A program made the position numbers and the translations under genes. This document shows, piece after piece, positions 38,801-50,200 of a stretch of DNA of 64,000 nt. This DNA is from Lytechinus pictus (Eukaryota): positions 7,752,001-7,816,000 of the forward strand of contig NC_087251.1 of the NCBI RefSeq assembly GCF_037042905.1, written 5' to 3'. The notes under the pieces are model-generated. The model searched no databases. It had not been told where the DNA came from and saw only the letters and a list, made by a program, of their open reading frames with translations. How positions within the stretch are numbered: position 1 is the stretch's first letter; every line of letters begins with the position of its first letter.

Positions 38801-41800
38801 CTTTTTAAGTATCATATCTCAAATGATCAAATAATGCATATAGGCATGTAGAGGAAAAGTAGAAGCCAGTCCTTTCATTTGACTTTCCAAACAATTTTAC
38901 TTATAACCAGAAAAGCATTTTTTATATATCACTGCTTGTTCACACTGTAATAGCTGAGAAATCAAGATAGTGACTAGTGCCCAATCATGGAAGAACTATT
39001 GTTACAATTGATTGCATTCATCATAAATGTTCAATCAAATGTAGAAATCAAATGATGAGTTACTAAACGCTGTATTATGGGACCATAGATTACTTATTAA
39101 AGAAAACATCGATAGATTAAATGGGGTGTATTTTTTACAGTGAAATTGATTTAGTGGGTGAAGAGCTAATAAGCGAGATGTATTTTTTGTATTTTCAACA
39201 AATTCTTTTTCTTATTTTCTCATTATTTTTGTGTGCTTTAGAATTCCATTCAGTAGTGCCTTTTCAACTAACAACTAATATTATGTAGAATTTCACATGT
39301 AATAATATCCTTATGGTAGTATTAGATCTTGGGAAGTTCAAATATAATTTGATTTGAAGGTAGTATACAGATTGGTTTAGTGATTTCATTTTACTTACAG
39401 AACATGAGCATGGGGGCTGCATGTATTATTGATACATATGCTCCAAGACTAAAAATTAAGAAAGTAATTTTTTCTCTGTATGATTTGTGCTTATCATGTT
39501 CATTTTATGAGTTGGAAATTAATACTGAATTTATCTGAAAATTAAACTATCTACAAATATATTTTGCATATACATCTTCTGGCGCAAAGGGCATTTAGCA
39601 TTACTTAATCTTTCAAGAAATTGTTTTGGTATTAAAAAATATGCATACTACTGTTAAAGACATTGAATGTACTCATGTATATATTTTCCTCTGCTTTTTC
39701 TTTTATTTGCAGGTCAGCACAAGCAGACTTCAGCTGATAGAAGAGCTAGACCTGCAACTCCATGTAAACGACCTGATAATCATCTCAAGAAATATACTAT
39801 CTACCTACACTGTGATCCACAGAGATACAATGAAGCTACTCATATACAATCCAGGTATGTATTAGTCACTCTTCATCAAATATATCTAGATAGTGCTCAC
39901 ATTAATGGTTTGTTTTTTATCTGTGAGGAAACATAAATGTATCCAAAGCCCTGTGTACACTTAACATCAGATCTGTGACCCAATTTTATTTTTTTCATTT
40001 ATTTTTATTCTATTTATATATTTTTTTTGGGATAGGTTGTTATTAACAGGTCAATATGAAAGTTCAAACATACTAGAGTTAAAGTTATGGATGTTACTAA
40101 CCCTGTTTAAGAAATTGGTTATGGGAACATTATGGGAATCCAATTTGGATATTGGTCACATTTAAATGCCTGTAGTTAGTCAAACTTTTGAATCCCTGTA
40201 ACTGCTTTACTGCAGTGATGAACCTGAAAAACCTTGTCGGGGGGGGGGGGGGACCATTTGTAGATAACTTTTATGACAAGCAATCAAGTGGAGGTGCAGT
40301 GGCCAAGTGGTATAAGGCGCTTGATGGGAGATTCCATTCCTGGCACGGCACTTATGCCCATAATAATAATAATAATATATGTGATTTGTAATGCGCCAAG
40401 TCCACTCGGCAGAGTGCCCAAGGTGCAGTGAAAGAAAGAAAGAGAAAAGTACAAATAATACAGTAATAGATTCAGGAACAATTAAGAGTAGGAAGCATTG
40501 CTATTTTATCAAATAAATGAAAATGCTATATGCATTATGAATATCAGTGTGTGGATTTTTGTTATCAGTTGTCAAGTTTGAACGCTTCCTCCCCCCTCCC
40601 CATGTATGCTAGTGTTTAATTTGAGTAGATTTTTTAAATATTATCATTGGAAAAAAACATTGCATGACTACGGTTTACTGATTATATCCATGTGTGCATT
40701 ACTGTTTTTTTTATTTTCATTTATTGCATACAGACTAGATGCAAAGGGTTTTGTAACAAGACTCCTTCCTGAAGACAAAATCAACAGCTCTAACATTTCT
40801 CAACTGATTGATGATCATATTTCTTCCTGTACGTCTGTGATATGCTGTATGGGCCCAGAGATTAGTGAGACCTCACACATGGGCCAGGTCCTGGAGCTAG
40901 CCCAGAAGAGATCCAAACCAGTATTACCCTTCATCTTAGAATCCTTCAAATGGCCTCCAGAAGGAAGCCTTCAGAAGGAGTGGCAGAAACTTGTCTTGCA
41001 TAAGATCGGTGAGTTATTCACAGATATAATGTTGTGCTTAATATCAATCTTTGCCAATATTAATAGACACCCTTGATTGGGCCTGAATTTCAGATAAAAG
41101 ATGGGAACCAGTTGAAGTAACATTACCAGAATCCAATCAAATGACTACCATGCATCTGTATAGATGTACTCATATCGTGTGCCAAATGATCTTGCTACAA
41201 AATTAGTAATTGCTCAAAGTTAAGCCATATAAAAGGCCAAGTGTTCTTTCATTACATTGGCATAATTTAAGCGCCTTTTGCAACACTTATGTATTTAGTA
41301 TTGGACGTTTCTCATTGTAAGCACTGAATTATACACACAAATTACAGAGTCCATGGTATTGCACCCCTCTTGATTTAAACTGCTTTTGTGAATTCAGGCC
41401 ATTGAGTATATAATAGTTTGTTTTTCCAGAATTTCCTCTGGTTTTTTTCAGGATCAAATACCTACCTAATTAAGAATCGTTGTGTACTGTGAAGCCTCTA
41501 CTTTTAAACTGTATCTTAAAACATAATTCTTGAACAAATAATTCTTGTTTTGCAGAGACAAGTGGAGACTTTGATTGGGCCATAGAACAAATTGAAGAGA
41601 AGACATTGACTCTCAAGGACAAGGGTTACAATGGTAAAGAGATCAGGGTGGTTGAAGGAAAGGGAGCTAAGATGCTCTATTCAGACGCTCAGGTGAGAAA
41701 TCTTTTGGAAATTGATATTCACTTCTATGTCAATTATTACCCATTCAAGACATTACAGCCCTGTAAAATCGTAGATAAGATTGATCGCACATTGGTCTTT

Positions 41801-42235
41801 ACTAAAATGTTACAAAAGAATGTTATCATTAATTACATCTCTTTATGTTACACCCACTATCCAAGCAGGTTGATTCTTAGATGTAATTGACTCTGTTTGG
41901 AAAAAAATGACAATCAGAATGATTAAAAAGAAAAAATTATCTCTCTTTTTATGACCCATCAGAAAGGAAACAAGACGATTAATGAGAGCAGTGATCCAAA
42001 TGCACTGAAGAAAGCCATAGCTGATGCAGATCGTCATAAGCTACAATCGTTTGGTAGCGATGACTACCCTGAAACCAGAGGAGGGGGTGATCATGGAGCA
42101 GCAGGAGGAGGGGCAAGGTCATTCTCATTTACCTCTCTCAAGGAACCAAAGAAGCACATTGATGATGGACCTAAGAGACCTCATTCTAGTCATGGTGGGC
42201 GTGTTAATCAATCAAAGACTTGTATTATACTCTAA
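23873..42235 (+). CDS. Multi-SPRY (SPRYD3-like, 4 SPRY units) protein with C-terminal TIR-like domain and CaaX motif; 19 coding exons, about 1086 aa
   Basis: Exons 23873-24038, 28167-28349, 28731-28927, 29292-29403, 29939-30133, 30816-31013, 32036-32149, 32638-32835, 33639-33794, 34555-34757, 35157-35280, 35810-36013, 36580-36780, 37475-37591, 38255-38320, 39713-39854, 40734-41008, 41556-41692 and 41963-42235. All are AG/GT bounded and phase-compatible, giving a 3261 nt open frame. SPRY-type motifs: YFEMSL/YFEVEI/YFTVKI, GDTIGCG/GDVIGV/GDRIGWG, VYFTKN/FIKNG and GGFYP/LYP. The TIR-like segment is in exons 16-17 and the protein ends SKTCIIL*. Confidence 0.88.
24435..24803. repeat. Foldback-like element made of short degenerate repeats in inverted halves
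   Basis: The left half repeats TT(G/C)GTC(T/C)AA-type units; the right half has the complementary TAGAC(C/G)AA units. Confidence 0.55.
24992..26365. mobile_element. Non-autonomous DNA transposon (CAGTG termini)
   Basis: CAGTGTAGGGCAAGTCCAAGAA...TTCTTGGACTTACCCTGTACACTG, with multiple internal (T)ACGTATGGGACA motifs in both orientations. Confidence 0.7.
26394..28036. mobile_element. TA-flanked TIR element (outer), hosting 26914-27732
   Basis: TA|CTGTATAAGCTGTTATTTT...AAAATAACAGCTTGTACAG|TA. Confidence 0.6.
26914..27732. mobile_element. Tc1/mariner-like non-autonomous element with long TIRs
   Basis: TA|CAGTGCGTCCCA.AAAAAACGAAACCGAGATTTAGCGATG...TGGGACGCACTG|TA. The inverted similarity extends for a few hundred bp. 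Confidence 0.88.
33935..34280 (+). repeat. Dispersed repeat, same family as 12240-12500
   Basis: Starts GTCTCGCCTGCATTGCAGAGCGAGACTATAGGCGCCGC and shares sequence blocks with the copy at 12240. Confidence 0.6.
38451..38725 (+). repeat. 275-bp direct repeat, copy 1 (intron of the SPRY-TIR gene)
   Basis: Near-identical to 44175-44449. Confidence 0.9.
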
Positions 42236-43317
42236 AATCAATGTCGGTTTACCGCTCTTCTGAAATTATTTTTTGCTCTTTTGTCTGTATTCACATATTT
42301 ATATTGTGCTTTTCAGCATATGTATTGGTAACCCTTGCATGTGCTTTCAATAATTAGGAGTCCTGTTTCTAATGAGTGATATTTTAAATTTATCAAGTAA
42401 TGGAAGCTATAGATATTTTTGTTTCATTTAAGATATTTAACAGCTGTTTATACCAAAACCAAATACCCTTTTCACCATGATATAGAAATATCATTGACTC
42501 CAAATGCATGAAAATAGGATTGTGCCATATCATTTTTGTCTTTTAATTTCAACCCCAGATATATTTTCATAATTTTGATATATATCTTAAAATCATGTCC
42601 TTGTATTCCCATGTGATTAAGAATGTGTCATCTTTTCTCAAGATGTTCATTTGTGTTCAGGCTTATTGAGAAATTGTAAAAATTATAAATTGGAATAGCT
42701 ATTTAACAAAATAGTGATCCCTGATACTGTATTCAGCATATGAAAATGGTTTGTTAACTGCAGGGAAACATACATTTGTATACATTCAAATCTTCCACCT
42801 AAAGCTATAGTTTTACCTGTACTTTAATATTTTTAGCTTTGTTAATCACACTGATTGTACTTAAATCAGGCTGCTTGTCAGGGGAACCTTCAGTTACCTG
42901 TCAAATATTTGGGCAATAATTGATGAAAGAAAAATGTAAATGACTGATGATTATCCTAATAGCACTCTTCACGGAAAAATCAACTGAGGGGATGAACTCA
43001 GACATCAGTGATGGCATACAGTTCTTCGTACTTATAGTACATAATTCTCAAGTTAAAGTATGTTACGTGACAAGACTGCATATACTATGCATGTAATAAA
43101 GCCCTCATAAAACTAGATGTGCCTGAAATCTCTTTATCATACTCTCTTAAGTTGGGTTTTGAATGCTAAGTCCACAAAAACTCTGCTTCAAAATTGTTTG
43201 ATTCAACCAAAATTCTAATTTAAGTATCCCCCATTAAAACCTTGAACATGTGTGAGCTTTCAAATTTTATGCAAATTTCTACTTTATGATAAACCAGAAT
43301 TGTGTCCCCTGCTTGAA

Positions 43318-43969
43318 CCCCGGGGGGGGGGGGGGGGGGTCACTCTCCACATGGACTGCTACCCACCCGTGTCCGACAACCTCAGAAATGCACCATAAAC
43401 GGCATAATGACATGTAAATTTGCAACCCTAAACGGCGTAACCCATGAGAAAAGCCACCCTAAGTGGCGTGAACAGGGAAATCCCCTAATTTGATACCCTA
43501 AGTGGCGTAAACATCAAAATCGATTAATGTGATACCTGTGGACCGTGTGCATGTGGGTTACGCATGCTGCCTAGTATAGAGCTAGATGTAAGACACTAGC
43601 ACTAATAGACTAGAACTGTACAGGGGTAACTCTCGAGTGCTGCGCTGGCCGCGCCGGCGTGTGGGAGGATTGTTTTGTAAATCGCCTTTCATGGTGTTTA
43701 TAGCTTAGGTCTGCTCCCGGGTCTCCTCAAATTTTCACCCCTAAATGGCATAACCAAATTAGCAACCCTAAACGGCGTGAAGAGAGAAAGAAAAGGCTAC
43801 CCTTATCGGCGATTTACGAGCGAATGGTGCTGAAATGCAACCCTTTTTGCCAAAGACGTCGACGCCGCCCGAGTGCCTGAAACGGGACCCTTTTCGACGC
43901 TTTTTCTGGACGCGGGTGCGTAGCAGGCCATGTGGAGAGTGACCCCCCCCCCCCCCCCCCCCCCCCGGG
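43318..43969. mobile_element. Unclassified TIR element with poly-G/poly-C termini
   Basis: CCCG(n)TCACTCTCCACATGG...CCATGTGGAGAGTGAC(n)GGG, with CTTGAA on both flanks and internal ACCCTAA(A/G)(C/T)GGCGT repeats. Confidence 0.8.
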
Positions 43970-44174
43970 CTTGAAACATTGCATCACCAACCCTTGTCCA
44001 GTTGCAGAATAGACTTTGATGAGAAACACCATAGAAGTGGAATTGAGTGTGTAGTAGTTGTAAAATCAATTATTTAAGTGTCTCCATCCCTCCTACCTTG
44101 ATAGAAGTCTTCTTAAAATACATATTACCTTCTGAATCCCCCTAACCACTCACAGGAAATTGGATATCTGTTTG

Positions 44175-44449
44175 TGGAATCAAGCTGTCATAAACTGCAT
44201 GTTCTTTTGTCTGAAGATTGGTGACTAAATTATTTATTATGTAGATGGTGTCCAAAGACTTCTTTATGATTGATTTATGAGAATTTTTTTTTATTTAGTT
44301 TCAAATTTTCACAGATGGATAATGGACTATGTATAGTTCAGTTTTTAAAGGGCATTTGCCCTTGAGGTTATGTGTAGGAGTATTGTGTATTATACTGCAG
44401 AAGCTGAAACTTCACTTTTGGTTTTATTTTTTATTGCGCCTATTGCCAT
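44175..44449 (+). repeat. 275-bp direct repeat, copy 2 (downstream of the SPRY-TIR stop)
   Basis: Near-identical to 38451-38725. Confidence 0.9.
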
Positions 44450-45039
44450 TGGATACCTTACCTCTTGAGGGCATGTAAGAGTTTATAGGTTCATAACAAT
44501 GCTGAATACAGAGCATGAATTACGTCTCGGTACGTGTTATATTTCATGATTCTATTTCATTAGTCTTTCAAGTACAGCCATCTGATAGGGTCATGTATAT
44601 AATCACTTTTTTGTATTGGAAGTATCATGCATAGACAAGATATCGCAGAATGTTGATATGCAAAATCATTAGAGGATTATTGAGGCATTTCAATTTTTAT
44701 TTTTATACATGTATATTCAGTTGTCTTTCCATCACCTTGATCCCCCAATACTAGGTATAAAGTGCATCTATACAGAACAGCCAAACTAATGTCTGTCAAG
44801 TAACTGCAATGTTATATTTCTGGGATTATGGAATGTCATTTCAATGGTAAAGGTCATGCACTATGGTACTACTTTTATCATTTATATTTAAAATAATGCC
44901 ACACTGACTCTGAGTGAGTCTAAAGAGGAGTTCTGCCATTGCCAGCACAGCTCAAGCGCACCAGATGAGTCATGAGCTAGAATTCCCAAAGATGGTTAAG
45001 ATTTGAACTATATCTATCAAACTTTCATAGGAACACCAG

Positions 45040-45210
45040 GGGGCCGTTTCATAAAGCTGTTCGTAAGTTAAGAGCGTCTTTAAGAACGACTGGTGATCCT
45101 TTCTTACGCGCTAAACCGTCGCCAATGAATATACCATTTACCACAAGAAATGATCACCAGTCGTTCTTAAAGTTGCTCTTAACTTACGAACAGCTTTATG
45201 AAACACCCAC
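45040..45210. mobile_element. PIF/Harbinger-like MITE, copy 3 (inverted relative to copies 1 and 2)
   Basis: Same TIRs as 1670-1839, with 3-bp TSD CAG. Confidence 0.85.
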
Positions 45211-47261
45211 CAGGGGCTCGTTCTACAAAGAATAGATGCATATCTATTGAAAAAACCAGTGGTATAAACCATGCAGACTTAGCTGAATTTACCCCGTCAA
45301 AGAAGGTGCATTCATTATTCACTTTATAAGCGTACTTGCTCATATATTCACATATTCCCTGGTTTGAATCTTAAAGATTTATAAAATCTCTTCATACGTT
45401 GAGAATCCTTATCTATGGGAATGACTTAATGACATAAACATTAGATTTAAAAGTAAACTCTAACATCAGTTTGAATGTAGCTATCAAAATCAGACCGGTT
45501 TCCATGTAGTTTGAAAAAAGCTTTCCTATCTTTGTGCTTTGAACAGACTGAATATGATCTGATATGATATGTATTTGATATAGTGATTTATATGATCTTA
45601 ACAGTTCAGATAATACCAATTACTGATGTGCATTGTGTTATTCATTTTGTAATATAAGATATCTAATAATCTGGTACGTTGTGAATATTCTTGTTCTCTG
45701 TATAGATATATAGTACTGTAGGAAGCAAACACTTCAATAAATTATGAGTCTTTCACTATAAATTTGTCAAGAGTATATCATTTATTGTGACACATAGCAG
45801 CACCTACATTACAAAATATGAGCATATATTTAAATTTTTATACAATAAGATGTATGAAATTTGGTGAACCACAGTCTTCTTGCTAAACAAACATGGACGG
45901 ATTTTATGAGTTGATACAGTAGAGTATATTCACTCGCACACAGCCAAATCATTTATATAGTTCACTTCAATAAATCAACATTTTCAACATCCAAGTAGAA
46001 TTCTAAAGTGTGTGCCAAAGATCTATTCCAGAGTTGAGATACTTCAACATAGAATTGGATGTTTGTGATGTTCATTGTGATGATAGATATTTTGGCAAAT
46101 GTGTTTTAGTGACAGTAAGAAGCTCATCTAACAAGTATTTAAGTCCATTAAAAAGACGTTTCATGTTCTTCATATGTCTATAAACCTATTCTTAAACTAA
46201 TATGATTAGAGGATCCCTTTTTCTTCTAATTCATAGACATATGTTGAATTTAGCATTATCCCTGTATATTCCCAGACAGCAAATTACCAAAAACTTCTAG
46301 ACAAAAAAACTGCCCTTCACCATCATGAATAAAAAGTTTACAAAATGATGTGTTTATGACCCCGCCCCCTTTTGCACAGTCATGTATCTCGCTTTAGTGA
46401 TGTAACCGATATGAGCACTGTCATATGGATAATGGGATTCAAACTTAAGCCTGACTTCAGGGCTGACAAACCTATTTTCAGCCGAGTAGAAAAGAATTTT
46501 CTGTGTACAAAATGGCCAACTCTATTCGTGTTCTGGCATCTATGACCATTGCTTTTATTAAATACAATAAAATTACCTTTTTAATCCACAATTGTTTGTG
46601 CTTTACCTAGAATCATGAAGGGTCTGATCGGTTGTCAGACATTTGACTAATTTTGAAAATAATTGAAGGCCTGTAAAATTGTAATTCATTAATTTTGATA
46701 TCATGTTTCATTGTGCAGGGCATTACTGTTCAAAATTTCTGAAATTTGGTTCATGGTTGCTCCTAAATAATTTCATATTGAGAATCCATACAATGATCAA
46801 TGTCACGGACAGACTGAAAATATCAATCCTTATTACTCAGGCTTTCAAACATTTCATAACATGTTTCATTTTATTGTTCATGTTATGATTACATATTTTC
46901 TATAAATAGCCTTGCACTTATTGCAAACACATTTCTGCTGCAGTAAGTATTTAGCTGCTTGTCCTGAAAGAAACGGTGATACTCTCACCAATTCAGCAGT
47001 GTTGTTGCAAGGTCAGACTACCAAAGACTTCAGACTTCTGAATCCAAGGTCTAGAGGACTGAGGTCAAAGACAAGGGCAAGGCCACATAGTTGTCCTAGA
47101 AAAGCAAGACACTGCAATTAAGCAACCCATACCAAGACAAAAGTCCTCCTTTTTTAATAAAGGGCAACCCCTATATACATCGTCCATGACGTCCAATAAA
47201 CACTGGAGAACTCCAAATTGCAATTGAGATAATCGGCAGCAAGGAAAGTTCCATTGTGATG

Positions 47262-50200
47262 TCATCGTTTTGATGGTGTATTTCTTGATCCTGTACCACC
47301 GCTTCGTCTGCTCGGTTCTTGTTTCTGGCGTCCTTTTCTTCTGTCACCCTTCGCTGATGAGGGTGATCCTGCTCGATCACCCTTCCGTCTTCCTTTTCCT
47401 CCGGGTCCACCCTTCGTTGGTTTAGGATTTAATCGTGCTGATTTAGAGTGAACAAACAGATCATGACAACTGTTTAACACTACTCAGTGATGCATACATC
47501 TTTGAAACAAGAGTCAGAGGAACCAGGATATGAAACTCTGAAAGCCTATATTCTAACTATACCCCAAATTTATGGTGACAAATCCAAATTTGGTAAGTAT
47601 GATATAAAAAAATATAATAATAACAAAGAATATACATTTGTGAATTTCTCTGTCATGCAGCATTACGTTTGTAGAAGATTGTCTATCATGATTTTATAAA
47701 AGTGCATAAACTTAAGAAAACCGCTATTGTGATATACCTATTACACTGTAGCAATATCTTTAGTTATGTTACGAGTGCGAATATATAAATGAACATATAT
47801 TTATATCTATATTTCCCTTTTATATAGATATATATATATAAAAGGGAAAGGAAATGTAAATAAATAACATTTTAATATTAGCTGAAAGGATGATTTTCAT
47901 TATAACAAGTTGAATTGAATAATGGATCCATAGTACTAACTCTTGGAATGACATAAATTACTGAGAGGTACATGTACTCACATAGAAAATCTTTATCATC
48001 ATCAACTCCTTGTAAGAGTGGGATATATGTAATGCGATCATCATCACCTTCGTCGCCATCTCCTAAGCATACGGGGGGGGGGCAATTATTAAAAATAAAT
48101 GACATTCACATTCGCATTTTGACATGAACATCTATTTTTGATCATCGTGGGGAAAATAAACGATTGGACACGAAAGAACTTTACGAAAATTAATGACAAT
48201 CAAACAGTTAATGATCCAAACAGAAAACAAAGATCATTATGGTTGATTGACGTTTAGTTTTTGGGGTTCTCACATTCCTTTCATTTAACCCTCAACCTAT
48301 TATATAAATAAATACAACATTGGTACCAACATGTTCCACTCTGCTGTGGATCGAGAACAACAGTATTACGATCCTGTCATAAACAGAATTTCAAATTCGT
48401 TAAATGATAAATCAATTCTGTCTCTTTGCAACATATTAATATATATTCATGTTACAGGTGAAGGACGTTTACTGATTTTCGCTACAAATATTCAAAGCAA
48501 AACCTTCTAGTTTCCAGCCAGTACATTCAAAGTTCAATTAATATTGAGTTAACACATGGTGTGTTTACAGTATTTAAATATATATCCTAGTTTACTATAC
48601 ACAAAATAAAAGCACCACATATTAATCTTCAGAGCTTGTCAAGAAATATTATGATCATACATACAAATTATTTTCATAATTACCAGTAAGCAGAATAATA
48701 TTCATTTCATCCAACAACCTTCTTCTACAACGCCAATACTGTATACCCAAACAGGAATATGTGACAAGTTGAAGTTAATACGACTATACATTTCTTTCTA
48801 ATTTCTCTATATAAAGAAGATATATTTACGTTCTACTCTGACGAGTATAAAGGATCCCCTGTCAGAAAGGAAGTTCTTGCCATAATCATCAAGGTGACCT
48901 GGTAAATTAGCAACAGATCCATTCTCATCTGACAGATCAATCACGTCTAAAGAAGAAGAAAACAAGTAATAAATTGCCTTATGATTTCACAAGACTTCCG
49001 ACAATAATAGTAACCGTGTCCATCACTTTAAAGGTCAAGTCCACACCAGGAAAACATTGATTTGAATAAGTAGAGAAAAATCAAACTAGCATATCGCTGA
49101 AAATTTCATCAAAATCGGATGTAAAATAAGAAAGTTACGAATTTTTAAAATTTCGCTTATTTTTCACAAAACAGTGATATGCACAACTCAGTGACATGCA
49201 AATAGATGAGAGTCGATGATGTTCCTCACTCACTTTTTCTTTTGTTTTTTATTGTTTGAATTATACAATATTTCATTTTTTACAGATTTGACAATAAGGA
49301 CCAACTTGACTGAACCATATATTATTAAACAATGCTAATTTCACATGTTCATGGAGGAAATAATCGTCGTTTCACTTGACAATGAGGAGAAAATTAGAAT
49401 ATTTTCATATTTCATACAATAAAATACATAAGAAATAGTGAGTGGATGACGTCATCAGTCTCCTCATTTGCATACCGACCAGGATGTGCATAGAACTGTT
49501 TTGTGAAATTAAACGAAACTTTAAAATGTCATAACTTTCTTATTTTACATCCGATTTTGATGAAATTTTCAATGTTATGCTTGTTTGATTTTTCTCTTTT
49601 TATTCAAATCAACATTTTGTTGGGGTGGACGTGTCCTTTAACGTCGAATGCATCTAATCTAGACACGATCTCTTTCTTCAATATAAACTCTCAATTTTTC
49701 TATTCTTTTAATACATATTTTATTAATGTTCATTTTGAGAGTATAGCTTAGAAGGATATGTTACATTACTTACGTAAAATAGAAGGATGCAGGAACGAAG
49801 TGAAAAGGACAGTGAGGAGGAGAAGCAGAAGGAGAAGAAAAGAAGAAGATGAAGAAGTTGAAGACGAAGAAGAAGAAGAAGGAGGAGGAGGAAAAGAAGA
49901 AGAAGAGGGAGGAGGAGGAGAAGAAGAGGAGGAAGGAGAGGAGGAGGAGAAGGAGAAGTAAGAGGAGAAGAAGGAAAAAAGGGGGACGGAAGAAGAGGGA
50001 AGGAGACCAATTGGATGAGAAAGATGATAATCAAAAAAAAAAGAAGAAGAAGGAAGAGGAGGAGGGAAGAAGAGAATGAGGAAGGGAAAAGAAGGAGGAG
50101 AAGAAACAAAAGGAGAAAATATCAACGTACCATCTTCGTCGCAATTACATCTTTCTCTGATATTGTCCAATAAAATAACGTTTCGGCAATTGGGATTGAA

